NCBI GenBank assembly: GCA_951406725.2 | Contig: OX597828.1 | Coordinates: forward strand, 4,650,001-4,714,000 | Source: Octopus vulgaris | Taxonomy: Eukaryota | Length of the DNA: 64,000 nucleotides | Direction: 5' to 3' | Shown here: positions 41,259 through 54,833 of the stretch, piece after piece | Layout: the number at the start of each line of letters is the position of its first letter | How positions within the stretch are numbered: the first letter of the stretch is position 1 | Translations under genes and position numbers: made by a program | Notes under the pieces: generated by a model | Database searches by the model: none | The model's input: only the letters and a program-made list of their open reading frames with translations | Told to the model about the DNA's origin: nothing

Positions 41259-43981
41259 TTATATACGCGTAAATTTTATTACTGGAAAAATGGCAATGAA
41301 AACACAGGGCAGATTTGTATGCCAAAATAAAATAATAACTTAGTGAAATTCTGTTTTATGTATGTTTCTTATCTTTTAACATAAATGTAAGGTAACTGTA
41401 GGACCTGAAATCGGGACGGTTCTCACGTTGTGTTGTGGTGAAAACAGGCAAAGTATTCGCTTTTTGAAAATGTTAAACATCTTTACAACACTTAAGTGTT
41501 ATCTTAATTGTTTCTCTCCTGTCAAATGAATACCTGATTATTGTTTCATACATACTCATTCATATGATTTCGCAGTTATATATTCTTTTTGATATTTTCT
41601 TGTTAGCCTACATCTGCAAGAATTTATATGTATGATTAAATTTATTTGCAGCAATGTGCGTTACATATATCACTCTACTATGAATAATGATTAATTCTAG
41701 GGTCGTATAAACTGGTAAGATTAATACCTATACCAAATGCAGTGATTTCGTACCGCTTTCCATTACTTAACTTAATATCTGAGATATCAAACTTGCGTAT
41801 TTCGTAAGTGATTTGATCTGGGAATATATGTTGAACCTGAGCCAATTATATGGTGCTAATGCACTTGTGACAATAATTATTCCAAATGTGTATGTACCGT
41901 TATATTTCCTGCGTTATTTTCTAATAGTATTATTTATCATTAAGTATCAAACTATTTCGTAGTACAATAACAATCACACTTTTTGTATAATAAAAATTAA
42001 TATTTTGTTTAATACTGCATATATTTGTTTGCAACGAATATTGATAACATCATGTTTTTCATAAAAGAAATGCATAAATCAAAATCAAAATGAATATATA
42101 CATAAACAAATGATGTAGAGAGCATCGTATTTTTCATATTGAATATGCGAAGTCAGTGGAAATATTTTATTTTTGTGTTTTCAAGAGCAACCGTAGCAGT
42201 TCTCTGAGAATTATAGTATAACTTATATTTTTCCATTACAGCACTTTTGAAGCTTCCTACCTCTGAAAGATTAAATATTCTTAATTAGACACGCCGTAGT
42301 GATTTTGTAGTTCTGTAAAAGGCAAGAGTAATCTGAAATTAATTCGCAAACGAAAAAACATAACATTGAAAATAATGCTTTTCCATTTTCATGAATAAAT
42401 ATCTATTGAAATGACTCACGCATATGATTACATCCGTATCATACATATAATGAATATAATATGGAAGATGTATGGATGTTTTGATGCTTGTACATATATA
42501 CATATGTGTGTGTATGTATGTTTGCGTGTATATATATATATATATTAGTAGGAAAGATGACGCAAATATGACATACATAGTGTCATGGTGCACAAATTTC
42601 AGAAGACCAGGAATTTTGCTTAGAGAACCATGAACTCGTAAACATATATGGATATTTGATTCTTATTTATGTAGTAGGGAAATGGTTATATGAAATAAGT
42701 GAGTTTGTATAAGACATACATCGAAACTAATGCATTGCTAAGAAGGAAATGGAAACTGAATGCAATAGTGAAGACAGCAAACAAAGCACCATCTGAATGC
42801 TATAAACTATTTAGAATATAGTCCCAAACTCCTATCAATATAAAACTAAATGAGAGGCTCTCGTCACGCCCCGTACTTGAAGCCAGCAACATTTGCAGCA
42901 AATACCGCGCTACTCTCTTTTAAAACGCTAGACACATGATATATTCCTAAAACCTTATATAAATGCGAGATGGATTCAAGTGTGATTGAATATCAACAAA
43001 GAAATATTCTGGTGTCTCAGCACGGTAACTTGCAACAATAATTTTTCCATGTTACATTACATGTACGATAATACACCTTGTGCTTAATAAACGTCATTCA
43101 AAGGGTAGCGTAAATTAATTGAATTTAGATGACCACTGATAAGCATATTGTAGTGTAATGTGAATTGAGATATGTATGCTTTTCATATTAATGGCATAAT
43201 CACTCGAAAGAACATTGAACCGGCTTATTTTTTGGTTCCTGTAAGCAAAAATTGTTTGCTATATAAATATAAACATTTAATGTCCTTGTGTAATCATATA
43301 TGACACTTTGCTTACAAATTGTGGCTCAATCTATATAATTTTTTCTGCCTACTTTTGCAGGTTATATGAATAAGTTCATAGTATCATTGAGAAAGACAGA
43401 AAGGCAGAAATTCAATTAGAAGGTAGCGGGGAGGAAAAAGACAAAGACCAAGAGAATATGAAGAAAAAGAAAAAAGAAAGAAAAGCGAGAACAAGCCCAA
43501 ACTGAAGAGAAAAGCAAAACAAAATGACATCAGATGCAGTATGTGTATGCTAGTTTTGGAAGACTAAGAGGAATCCTTTGAAGTATCGTTATAGAAGTGT
43601 TTCTCGTGCATTGATCAAAATTAATTTTCATCTTTTTAATTTCTTTTTTTTTTACAAATCACAAACGTTTTCAAATATATGGACATCTCATGGAAATGAA
43701 ATCAAAGACCTAATTAACATCATCCACGTTTTGAAATGAATATAAACATATACAGGCACAAATGCGCGCGCGCACACACACAGAATCACACACACACACA
43801 CTAATATACTTGGAGATGTGCATAATTGTTATGCATTATTTCATGTGCGCGTGTGCATAGACGTGCATGTTGACTCAAATATACATGGTTTTATAATAGT
43901 CTTTCTCTCTCTCACTATTTATGTGCTAGTGTATATATACATATATATATATATATACGTGTACACACGTTTCTGTTTCTT

Positions 43982-44038
<57 letters not shown>

Positions 44039-44109
44039 TCAGACAGATAGGCAGACATACAGCATACCTACACAAACATATATATGCATACATACGTTTA
44101 TACATATAT

Positions 44110-44280
44110 CGTAAAAGTTCTGGCTGGAAGTCTTTTTTACAGGGCTTAGAAAAAAACTGAAAGACTGCTACAATACGTGTGTGAATCTAAGAGGGAATTA
44201 CATTGAATAAAATCATAATTAACTGTTCCTCCAGCATTTTCTTTTACCCAAAGCCTAGAACATTTTAGCCCTCCATCGTA
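44110..44280 (+). mobile_element. Mariner 3' fragment, same family as 60090-60235
   Basis: Shared tacagggctta...taaaatcataatt...cgta end. Confidence 0.65.
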
Positions 44281-44403
44281 AATACATACAAACATACATG
44301 CATACACTTATATGTGTTTACACATAAACGCACAAAGGGTCATTATAGAGAACTTTGGCAATGTTTATGTGTAAATAAATTTCTAAAATTGTCTTTTTCT
44401 CAG

Positions 44404-44537
44404 GTCTGGTGGAAAGGGATGCGCGTATGGCTTTCAGATGTCTTGTGACGCGGGGTACCACGATGCTGTTAACCCACTAATCAGTGTTCCAAGCCAATGG
44501 TTACAAATGAATGTTGAAGGTGAAGGACTTCATAAGT
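44404..44537 (+). CDS. Candidate internal coding exon of an unknown gene (SGGKGCAYGFQMSCDAGYHDAVNPLISVPSQWLQMNVEGEGLHK)
   Basis: Acceptor gtctttttctcag|G, open frame, donor T|gtatgt; no family recognised. Confidence 0.3.
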
Positions 44538-44693
44538 GTATGTGACATATAGAAAATAAGCACCGCAGACATCCTTCGTAAAGGACTTTCAATACAGGAC
44601 CAAAGGAGCATCACAACACATCACAATATATACCCAAGGCACACAGTGCTACGCTCGGTAGTGGAATGAAAGTACGTGAAAAAAATAAGGCTA

Positions 44694-44696
<3 letters not shown>

Positions 44697-44758
<62 letters not shown>

Positions 44759-44768
44759 CAACAACAAC

Positions 44769-44833
<65 letters not shown>

Positions 44834-44843
44834 TAATAATAAT
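44697..44843. repeat. (AAT)n/(AAC)n microsatellite
   Basis: Direct reading. Confidence 0.95.
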
Positions 44844-46230
44844 AAATGTGCTTTTCCGGGCTCTCCATTCAAAAGCAAATCTAACATAATAACATCGGTG
44901 GAATGGGATAAAGGAACCCGTGGAAGACTTGAAGGAATCGGCCTTTTAACAAAAATAGTCATAAAAATAAAATTTTACTATCATACAAACTACAGTTTCT
45001 CCTATGCACGATGTCTCAGTGAGACGTTTGCGAAACACACACGCGAAATCAAGATCGGAAAGTTTACAAATGATAAAATATAAATGGAAAAAAGCAGTAA
45101 GTACATAAACTGTTTAATTACGCATACACTCGAATGTCTACACAATCATATTACATACCCATACATCCCAATGTTTACACACCAACGTGAAATTTACAGG
45201 GCACACATACACGCATATGAAAATACGTGTCACAAACGAACCAGGAATCAAAAAGAAAAAACAAAACAAAAGATTTTGTAGTTTTCGAACTAGCACAGAC
45301 AGTGAACAATTCATAAATCTAAAAACACCACAAAAATATATGACCGGAGATAAATCTATCAACAAAAAAAAACAATGCAGAAAGAATACAGATCTGTTAG
45401 CCTTAAGAGGCTACGTTACATGCAATGTTTTCATTCAGATGATTCGGTAGCGGTGTTGTCTCAAAAAAGTAATCCTAAACAGATAGATCCGTCCCCTAAT
45501 GTCAAGCTCCAAGCTCGTCATGCCTCAATGATAAAAAAGCAAAACACAGACCGAAAATTCCCTCTCCCGGATCTCCAAGGATCCCGTACTCGAATGCTGA
45601 ACCAAATTGGGTACGAAAAGTGAGCTACTGCTTCAAATATTCCCGAAATACAGGAACTGGAAGTAGCCTACAACCGGAATATTCCATTAGATGGCCATCC
45701 ATACTCATCATAAAATAACCAAAAGAAAAAGTTTGAAAAATCCTCTACGGAAGAAAATAAAGGAGTTCTTAATGCCTTCTATCATTCATGCCATGTATTT
45801 CTACACAATTAAATCTGATACCGCACAAACATACTTAAACTAGAGACAGAAACACCTTAAAGTAAGAACCTACATAAACAGTAACAGACTGCCAGCTTCA
45901 GAAGAAACATTATGAAAACGAAATTACTAACTGAATTAGAGATTGACCAAATTAAACAATCAGTACGGGATAAAAGAAACGAAGTTGCAGCTAAAGAAGA
46001 TAATACAGAGGGAATAATTATCTCTCAACGATTCTATATAGTGAAAAGAGTAGAAAACGCAACATTCACACAAAAAAAAAAACTTACTTAGCAAGAGCGT
46101 ATTCAACACCAAATTTAGCTACTTAGGTCTGACATAGAATATTTAAGAAACCTTCAGTGTGAGAAGACTATCGAACAACCGAAAATTTAGATTCCTCTAG
46201 GAAAAGAACATGTTAAAAAATACCCCAAAA
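44844..46230 (+). mobile_element. Dong/R4-like LINE 5' relic, same family as 62114
   Basis: 45340-46230 is colinear with 62130-63465 with deletions; follows an (AAT)n tract; inclusion of 44844-45340 as 5' UTR is inferred. Confidence 0.75.
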
Positions 46231-47100
46231 AAGTTTTCTTAAACATTCCCTAGAACAATGCAATATGCAAAACCAAATTTATGACACCTTAGCCATAACA
46301 ACAACTTGACTTTTTTACTTGTTGTCTCTTGATGTCTCTGGATTAGACTTAGAGTCAACTTGTACAAATAAAAAAGCAAAAGTGAAACATATAATAAAAG
46401 TAATAATATTGTTAATAATAATTAGTAATAGCAATAATAGTGAAAGTAATAAATGTAGTAAGAATTCAAAGATAAAATTCCATAATTGTAAACATAAATG
46501 TGGTGTTCGGAAGTTATTGCATGGATATGATAGATTGTGGTATAACCCACCATAGGTTCAACATTTTTCAATACCATTACCCTGCTTCTAGTGCATATGT
46601 CAGCATATCAAATAAGCACACCACTAGGTTCTCTGTTTGTACCACGCCTAATCTACACAAAAATTTTGTCGATATTAATCACTGTAGTAAGGATAAAAAT
46701 TCACCCAGCAATAGTAATAGCACGAACCCTAACAGTGTACTCCCTTACGTTCCGTCGATACTAAGCCGCAAGAATTATAATAGCAGTGTTAATAGCATTG
46801 ATGGCAACTATAATGACAGCAGTGGCGGGACTAATTGTAATCATCCTAGAAATAATAACAATAATTATAACGGTCTTAATAATGAGTGTAGAAATAATGG
46901 TAATCATAATTATACGGTTAATGCTGACAATTACGTTAATACTGACGTTAATTAATGGCAATGAAAAACGAATGACCATCATAAGTTTAACAATTCATAT
47001 ACTAATAATATCAATAACTAATTGTTCTGGTGTCAGTAGTTATAGTAAATTCTTTTGCAATAACTACAGCTGTACTAATAGTAATACTAATCCCTTCTAC
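46230..47100 (+). mobile_element. Second Naiad-like PLE fragment with Asn-rich linker
   Basis: HYPASSAYVSISNKHTTRFSVCTTPNL aligns with NFPINSRYHSIINSHKVRIAFSNTRNL of the 5988 ORF. Confidence 0.6.
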
Positions 47101-47107
47101 TATCGGC

Positions 47108-47272
47108 GCAATGCCTGAAATCGATCGCAGTGCTTGACTGACATCTATTTCATTGACCTCGAAAGGATGAAAGACAAAGTCGACCTCGGCGGAATTTGAA
47201 CTCACAATGTAAAGACGGACGAAATGCTGTTAAGCATTTTGCATCATCCAAACGATTCTGCCACCTCACCTT
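47108..47272 (-). mobile_element. Family B SINE
   Basis: Reverse complement of 20627-20770. Confidence 0.85.
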
Positions 47273-47351
47273 CTTATTAATAGTAATAGTAATCATATCG
47301 AGTATAATGTTTTGAGGGACAGTTGGTAGATTGAGCAGTGTTTGTAATAAC

Positions 47352-47600
47352 GGAGGTGAGATCAACAATGGTTAGAACGTCGGGTTCACAGTCATGAAGT
47401 AGTGAGTTCGATTCCCGGACCGATCTGTTTTGTGTTCTTGAGCTTATTTTACGTTGCTTTAGTTCACTCAGCTGTAGAAATGAATTGGATAAAATCTGTA
47501 ACATGGAAAGAAGAGGCTGCTATGCATAAACAACCTTGCTCTGAATTGTGTCTCGTGGGGTAACTTTCTAGCTGCAATCTCTTTCGTAACTGAAGGGTGT
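47352..47600 (+). mobile_element. tRNA-derived SINE, family C-like
   Basis: B box gagttcgattccc; agttcactcagctgtagaaatga core. Confidence 0.65.
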
Positions 47601-48689
47601 TTTACGCTTTTACCGACAGTAATATTGGTGTTTATAGAATGTCTAACACGTGACTTTACTGATTATGATTGTGTACCGCTTTATGTAGCCCACAATAATC
47701 TCAACACGATATTAACTGGTAATGAGATTAAACTCAGGTATCGTAGCGTATTTTAATACTAATTATAAATTTATTCGATCATATTTAAGCTACTTTTAGT
47801 TCTAATGAAACATACTCATGGCTGTACTTTTGTATAATTTATATTTTATAAAATTCAATTTAATAATAATTTGCTGTACCATTAGGTGATGATATCTTTA
47901 TATACACGCTTCATTTTGCTTAGTTTTGACCTTAAGAATTCTTAAAATTCTAGTAACATTTTCTTAATACTCTTCGTATTTTAACACCAATAAAGTAGTG
48001 ATATAACTTCTACTGAATCTACATGATTTCAATATTTCCACACTATTGACTGAGAGACACGTTATGATTAACGTTTTCCTTTCGTTTATTTTTTGCGGGG
48101 TATATTGTTTCTGTTTTTCCTTCTCTAGTCTTTCAATTTGTAACTTAATTACAGCTCACTAACTGAGCTCTCTAAATTTCGATATTACCCAACATAAATT
48201 TATAAATCTATATCATACTGACATTCATCATTGCCTAAATTAAATTCATTAGTCTAGTATAAATATTTTTATACCAATACTGTCTGCTCATGTATGTACA
48301 GACTTCTCCTTCTATTTGATTTATCTGATTCTGTCTCTATATAAGTATCTATAGTTTATGATTATAGGCCCCGTGACAATAGATATATCAACACATTCAT
48401 TGTTTCCGTTTCATTCCACTTCTTATAATTCTCTTCCTGTCTCTCCTCTGAAATTATGCAGTAACCCTCGTTACTCTACGTTTCTTTAAAGTTATGCTCC
48501 TTTGATAACTTACTGGATTTCCTTCAATTGAAAGTGATATTCTACTAGTTCTTCAATAATTATTCGGAGCACTTTAGTCAAGATAAAATAAAGAAAGAAA
48601 TAAGTAATTCTAGGATTTATCAAACATGTCACTCTTTAATATACTAAGCATATAACATAGAGAGTGTATGTACTTTTATTCATTTATAA

Positions 48690-48870
48690 TTTGGCTTGCT
48701 TTAGTCATTTGACAGCGGCCATGCAGGAGCACCATATTTGGTCGAGCAAATCAACCCTAAGATTTTATCTATGTATGCCTAGTATTTATTCTATCGGTGT
48801 CTTTTGCCGAACCGCTAAGTTACGTAAACACACCGGTATCGGTTGTCATGCGATGTTGAGAGAACAAGCA
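48690..48870 (-). mobile_element. Family A SINE 3' part
   Basis: agtcatttgacagcggccatgc...ttttgccgaaccgctaagttacg. Confidence 0.8.
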
Positions 48871-49047
48871 CAAACACACACTCACACACACACATATATG
48901 TACGCACGAAGACATTACATCGCTAAAAATTGAAGTCAAAGATACTTCTGTACCACAGAATGCCAATAATATCAAATTATTCAAATAGATGTAAAAGGTA
49001 CCTTCGACCTCTATTTTTAGTGATGTGGGTACTCATGCAGTGCATTC

Positions 49048-49088
<41 letters not shown>

Positions 49089-49091
<3 letters not shown>

Positions 49092-49287
49092 GAAATTTAT
49101 AGAAACACAGAAAACAAAGACAGGTGTAGAAACAACAAGCAAGTGTATTAGTCAGACGCTCAGTAAGACGACAAAGTCTTTTACATTCCGAGCCTACGCT
49201 CTTCATCAGGAAAGAACACGATGAAATAAACGGAGAGATAATAGGAAAAGAAAAACTTTTGAAGTTAGCAGTCAATCATAGCGACCT
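49089..49287 (-). mobile_element. TA-flanked PLE-type terminal fragment with decayed hammerhead (49177-49215)
   Basis: tcttt-c-CTGATGA-a-gagc-gtag-gctc-GGAA-t-GTA-aaaga. Confidence 0.6.
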
Positions 49288-49390
49288 ATATATATACATA
49301 CATCCACACAAACACACACACACACAGACACACACACACACACAGACACACACAGACAGACAGACACACACACACACACATATATATATA

Positions 49391-49590
49391 TATTAGAAGA
49401 AATGAGGTACTAAGTTTCATTTGAAGACCCTACTAGAATGGGAGAAAGCGCAAATGATCTAAGTGATATGATATATATAAAACATGTAATATACAAATAA
49501 GTATCTGTAAATATAAGCCATCCGATTTTCTGAGTACTTCATTTCTTCTAATATATAATACCTGTACATCATCTCCAAACCTTTCAATAT
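49391..49590. repeat. TA-flanked element with a 22-bp inverted end
   Basis: atattagaagaaatgaggtact / agtacttcatttcttctaatat. Confidence 0.55.
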
Positions 49591-49689
49591 ATATATATAT
49601 ATATATATAGAAGTACATATTTTGTATATATATATTATTATTATTATTTATTTGCCTATACGGCTGATAACTCGTTTGCCGCACGGTGT

Positions 49690-50180
49690 GTGACTGAAAA
49701 TTTGGTATTCCCTTCAGTTTGAGATTAACCTGACATGTGGTTCGAAGAGGGCGTCGTTACAGCACATACAGCAAGGACCATAATCCAACTGCTGAAGCAT
49801 ATTTTTAAGGGAAGAATAATTTCCCGTGGTTCTGACATACGCTCGTCATCACGTTCTCCAGACCTGACGGGTTTTGACAACATCCTATGGTGCAATCTCA
49901 AAGAAATAAATATGTTAATGAGCCTTAAGTGCTTCAACAACTTAAGAACAATATTCGGGCCGAAATTGGAGCACTAAAACCTGAAAAATTAAGAGCTGTC
50001 AGAAAATACTGTCGAAAGGGCTCAGTTGTGCGAAGCAGAAAATGGTCGTCACTTACGAGATATGATTTTACATATATAGTGTAAATTCATTTTCTATATG
50101 CACTGTATATGAGACAAGTGCATTATAAATTTGAGACAGAAACTTAAAGGAATCATTACATAATCAAAAACTTTTTGGAC
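49690..50180 (+). mobile_element. Tc1/mariner-superfamily (rosa/Tc3-like) transposase fragment
   Basis: MWF....TAHTA...LL...F.GRIISR......RSPDL...D..LW..LK. Confidence 0.7.
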
Positions 50181-52498
50181 TTTTGTGTGTGGGTGCGTGT
50201 GTTGTGTGTGTGTGTACGGATGTATGTATATATGTGAGCGCAGGCAGAGTGAGGATTTAGTACAACATAAAACTTTGGATGCTGTAAATAAAAACTGCTA
50301 CGTTCTCTCTCATATATAGCTGTTCTTTATATGCATAATTATCAATTTGTAAACAAAATATAATTAGAATTTATTGTACATTTCCTCCGGTAATATTTAA
50401 CGCTTATACTTGCATAATTTTTTTCCGGTTAGGAATCTTCCTGTAACAAATATGCCTGGATCATATTTTTTCACAACGCCATAAATACAATTTTTTTCTG
50501 TGTTACTACGTTTTTCAAAGCTTTATTTGCGTATGCAACATTTCATAAAATATTTTGTCATAAAATGTCTTGCTTTGGATATATGGTTTTGCATATTAAT
50601 TTTCTTTCTGTCTGTCCATTTGAGAGTGTGTGCTTTGTGTGCTTTGTATGTGTGTGTGCTTTGTGTATGTGCTTTGTGTGTGTGTGTATATGTATGTGTG
50701 TGTGTAAATACTCATATAATCAAATACACATTCTTGTAAATTCCGAATTCTATTTGTATACTGCTGTCTGTATAATATATCATCCGATATCACATTTCAA
50801 TTCGTTTAAGTTAAAATTCATATTTTTGCGCTGCATATTTCAATTCTGAAAACATATTTCCATGATGTTCTAAAATAAAAAAAAAGAAAATGCAAAATTC
50901 GTATTAAATAAATGAATAGTGATATTTACGAGGTCATCAATTTATTGTGATTTTGAAATATATTCGCCCTTTCAAATGCATTATATCTAAATCACAAACA
51001 GAAAGGAAATACATATTTAAAAAAAGCAAACAGTCTATATTCTATGGATGCTAGGGGATAGGTAAAACATGGAATTTGCAAAACATAGTTCAAATTCTCA
51101 TTGTTACTGGTCTCTTGTGGTGCTGTTTTAAATATTTCTCTGCAGTTAAGAAAACAAAATATCTCATCAGTCAGTAATAATTTACTTATTTCAACAAACT
51201 CAGGAGATTCTTCCGGGTGTGTCTGAGTCGTATTCAGCTACTTCAGCTATTTACTTGCTCATCTGTTACAGAAAATGACGGCAAGTAGGTGCACAGTACC
51301 GTATGCCATTAGAATTTTTAGAAAGTTCCATATTTAAGAAAAAAAAATGGACACATTTAATGTAATTAAATCAAAGAAGATAGCATGAAAAATGATACTT
51401 AAGTTGGTGCTGAAATATTTAAAGTCGTATCAAAAGCTAATTAATTATAATTATGCGATGAGGGAAAGACAACATTAGATAATTGATTGATACATTATTT
51501 TGGCTTGTATAGAAGAAAGCTTTTTGATGTTCACAACATTAAATATATTACCAATGATTTAACTCCGTTTTTGAGATTTTTCTCTCAGTGACTCATTTGA
51601 TTAACTATTCAATTTTTTCGCTAACTCACGAAAAATATGGAAAAAAAATAATGTCCCCTAGTACTTGCGCAAGTGCGGCAATTCAGTCTAATAAGACTGA
51701 AATATGGCCGAAGATATCCGCGACACATGTCGAAGTAATGGAAATTATATTCAATGAGATAATCTTATCTTTTCATCACTACACAATTACTTGTTAATGG
51801 CGTTTATATTATACAATGACACAAACACACGCACATTCACGCGTACACACACACGCACACACACACACACACATCCACGCACAAACAGAAAGATAGTAAC
51901 TTGCTTATTGTTTTCGATGCAGATGACGTTCGTAGATGATTTTCTGCCATGATTTCTCCATAGTAATTTTTTGATGGTCATAGCGACCTATATATATACA
52001 TACATACATGCACTTGGCAGTCTGAGGAATTTTTCACTTGGCAGTCTGAGGAAGGTGAATTGTCTACTTAATATTTCATTTTTCTTTTACTGTTGTTTCT
52101 GTTAACCCTCTTGTTTCATTGTCAACCCTCTCAACCCTCTTGTTTTATACGTATGGGCGAGATAACTGCTTTTATAATTCTTAGTTTATTTTGCATATTT
52201 CTTTTCCGTCTTTTCATTGGGTTGAACTAACTTATTAAAGCTTATCAATTTAATGTTTCAATGTTCAAAATAATCTGTAGTATGGCCTCCTAACATTTGG
52301 CTAATATTCCTCTGAAATTTTTTATTATTGTAGCATAGCCAAGTTTCTATTAATCCATGCATTCACTATTTCACTTAGAATTAAGTTTAATTTGTCTTTT
52401 ACTAAAATAATAATTGCGTTTATTTTGATTGCTTAGATGCTGGTCGAGCGGATGTTGACATTCTGTTTCAATATTTTATTGATTGCGGATTTGTATGC

Positions 52499-52559
<61 letters not shown>

Positions 52560-52596
52560 GAAATGGATGCGCGGCGTTCAATTAAATAATAATGTA

Positions 52597-53298
<702 letters not shown>

Positions 53299-53312
53299 CA
53301 TATGCATATATT

Positions 53313-53792
53313 GGTACAGGACGTCGCTTACCGTGTAAACAACATGAGGTACGAAAACGAACGAGTTAAATACACAAACAACGAGAGAAAAAGTGAAAAA
53401 TAGGACAATTAAACACAGAGAACGACCCTTCATCAGTTGTCGGCTGAATATATTTCTCTCAGCGTTCAATACTTTCCTCGCATTTTGGTCTAACGACTCT
53501 CCATGTTTGCTTTCTTTCGGTCTCTTTGTATGTCTCCACTGTCCTGTTTTTGTCCCCAACTTTGACCCTCCATAAATCCAAAATTTTATTTTGGAATTTG
53601 TGGGTGCAACTGTCTGTGAGACTCAAATTGTTGTTGAATGCTCGAAATGAGGAGTAGATAGACAGCCGAAATTGATGAAGGGTCGTTCTCTGTGTTTACT
53701 TGTCCTGTTTTCCATTTTCTCTCGATGTTTGCGTATTTAACTCGTCGTTTTCGTACTCCATGTTGTTTACACAGTTGGCGACGTCCTGTACC
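53313..53792. mobile_element. TA-flanked fold-back element
   Basis: ~150-bp imperfect inverted arms (ggtacaggacgtcgc... / ...gcgacgtcctgtacc), each with a (c/t)tgatga core. Confidence 0.75.
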
Positions 53793-53839
53793 CATATATG
53801 CATGTATGTATGTATTCATACACACATACATCAATCCAT

Positions 53840-53870
<31 letters not shown>

Positions 53871-53877
<7 letters not shown>

Positions 53878-54076
53878 TCAATATAGGGTGGCAAAAAAAT
53901 TCAGCAGAAATTATTTGCCACCAGCGGCCTAGTGGGAAAAAAGTAAATAGTCAGAGACAGGGTAAATGTTTTTTAAATTTTCTCCTGGTTTACGGAATTA
54001 ATATTGTTTGCGGTTGAAGCCTTGGCTGCTATTTCTAGTGGGTTTAACGGCCTATTATGGCCGTTCCTAAATTTTG

Positions 54077-54078
<2 letters not shown>
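53871..54078. mobile_element. Short, older, inverted copy of the 25063 family
   Basis: 53871-53952 matches 25449-25530; 53957-54075 matches 26292-26410; TA flanks. Confidence 0.85.
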
Positions 54079-54123
<45 letters not shown>

Positions 54124-54154
54124 AAAAAGGAATTTAAAAAATATTGCATCTGTT

Positions 54155-54194
<40 letters not shown>

Positions 54195-54201
<7 letters not shown>

Positions 54202-54760
54202 GAATGATGTGCTATTAAAACTTACCTCGAAGTAGTTATGTTTTAACATCATGTCCCATAAAATAGTCATAGTGTGTTCCTGCCACTTTTGTAAGCGAGT
54301 CGAGGACCCTCTGCGATTCGCTCTAAATGTCGCTCTAAATGCAGTGTTAAAACTGCAACCCTTCAGCTGCATTTTCATCTAGGGGAAGAGATGGAAGTTT
54401 GCCGGTGCTAAATATGGAGGATGCCGAACTGATACCATGTTGGATTTTGACGAGAAACTTGCGAGTGAGGAGAGCTCAGTCACGAGCTGCATTGTCGTCT
54501 TGAATAATGTAATTTTTCGTGCTCCACAAATATGGTCGTTTTCGCCGAATCTTCCCCAACAAGCACTCCAAAATACGCAATAGAACACTAGATTGACGGA
54601 CTGACTCCGGAGGACGAATTATTCTTTGAATCTGGAATAAATACATGGCAGTTCAGTTTGTTAGATGTGTAATAAAGATATAATGTAATGATAGTAATCT
54701 GGGACATTAATAAATGACACCTGTAAAAAATCTCACACCACCTGAAATGCACTTCGTGTA
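54195..54760 (-). mobile_element. Mariner relic, internally deleted
   Basis: HPPYLAPANFHLFP, MKMQLKG, KWQEH...YFE. Confidence 0.7.
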
Positions 54761-54767
54761 TGTTCAT

Positions 54768-54833
<66 letters not shown>

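Noticed and set aside
52018-52170. gcagt-CTGAGGA...ata-actgc hammerhead-like ends plus a 24-bp tandem duplication
   Set aside because: No GAAA or stem II/III; too decayed to call
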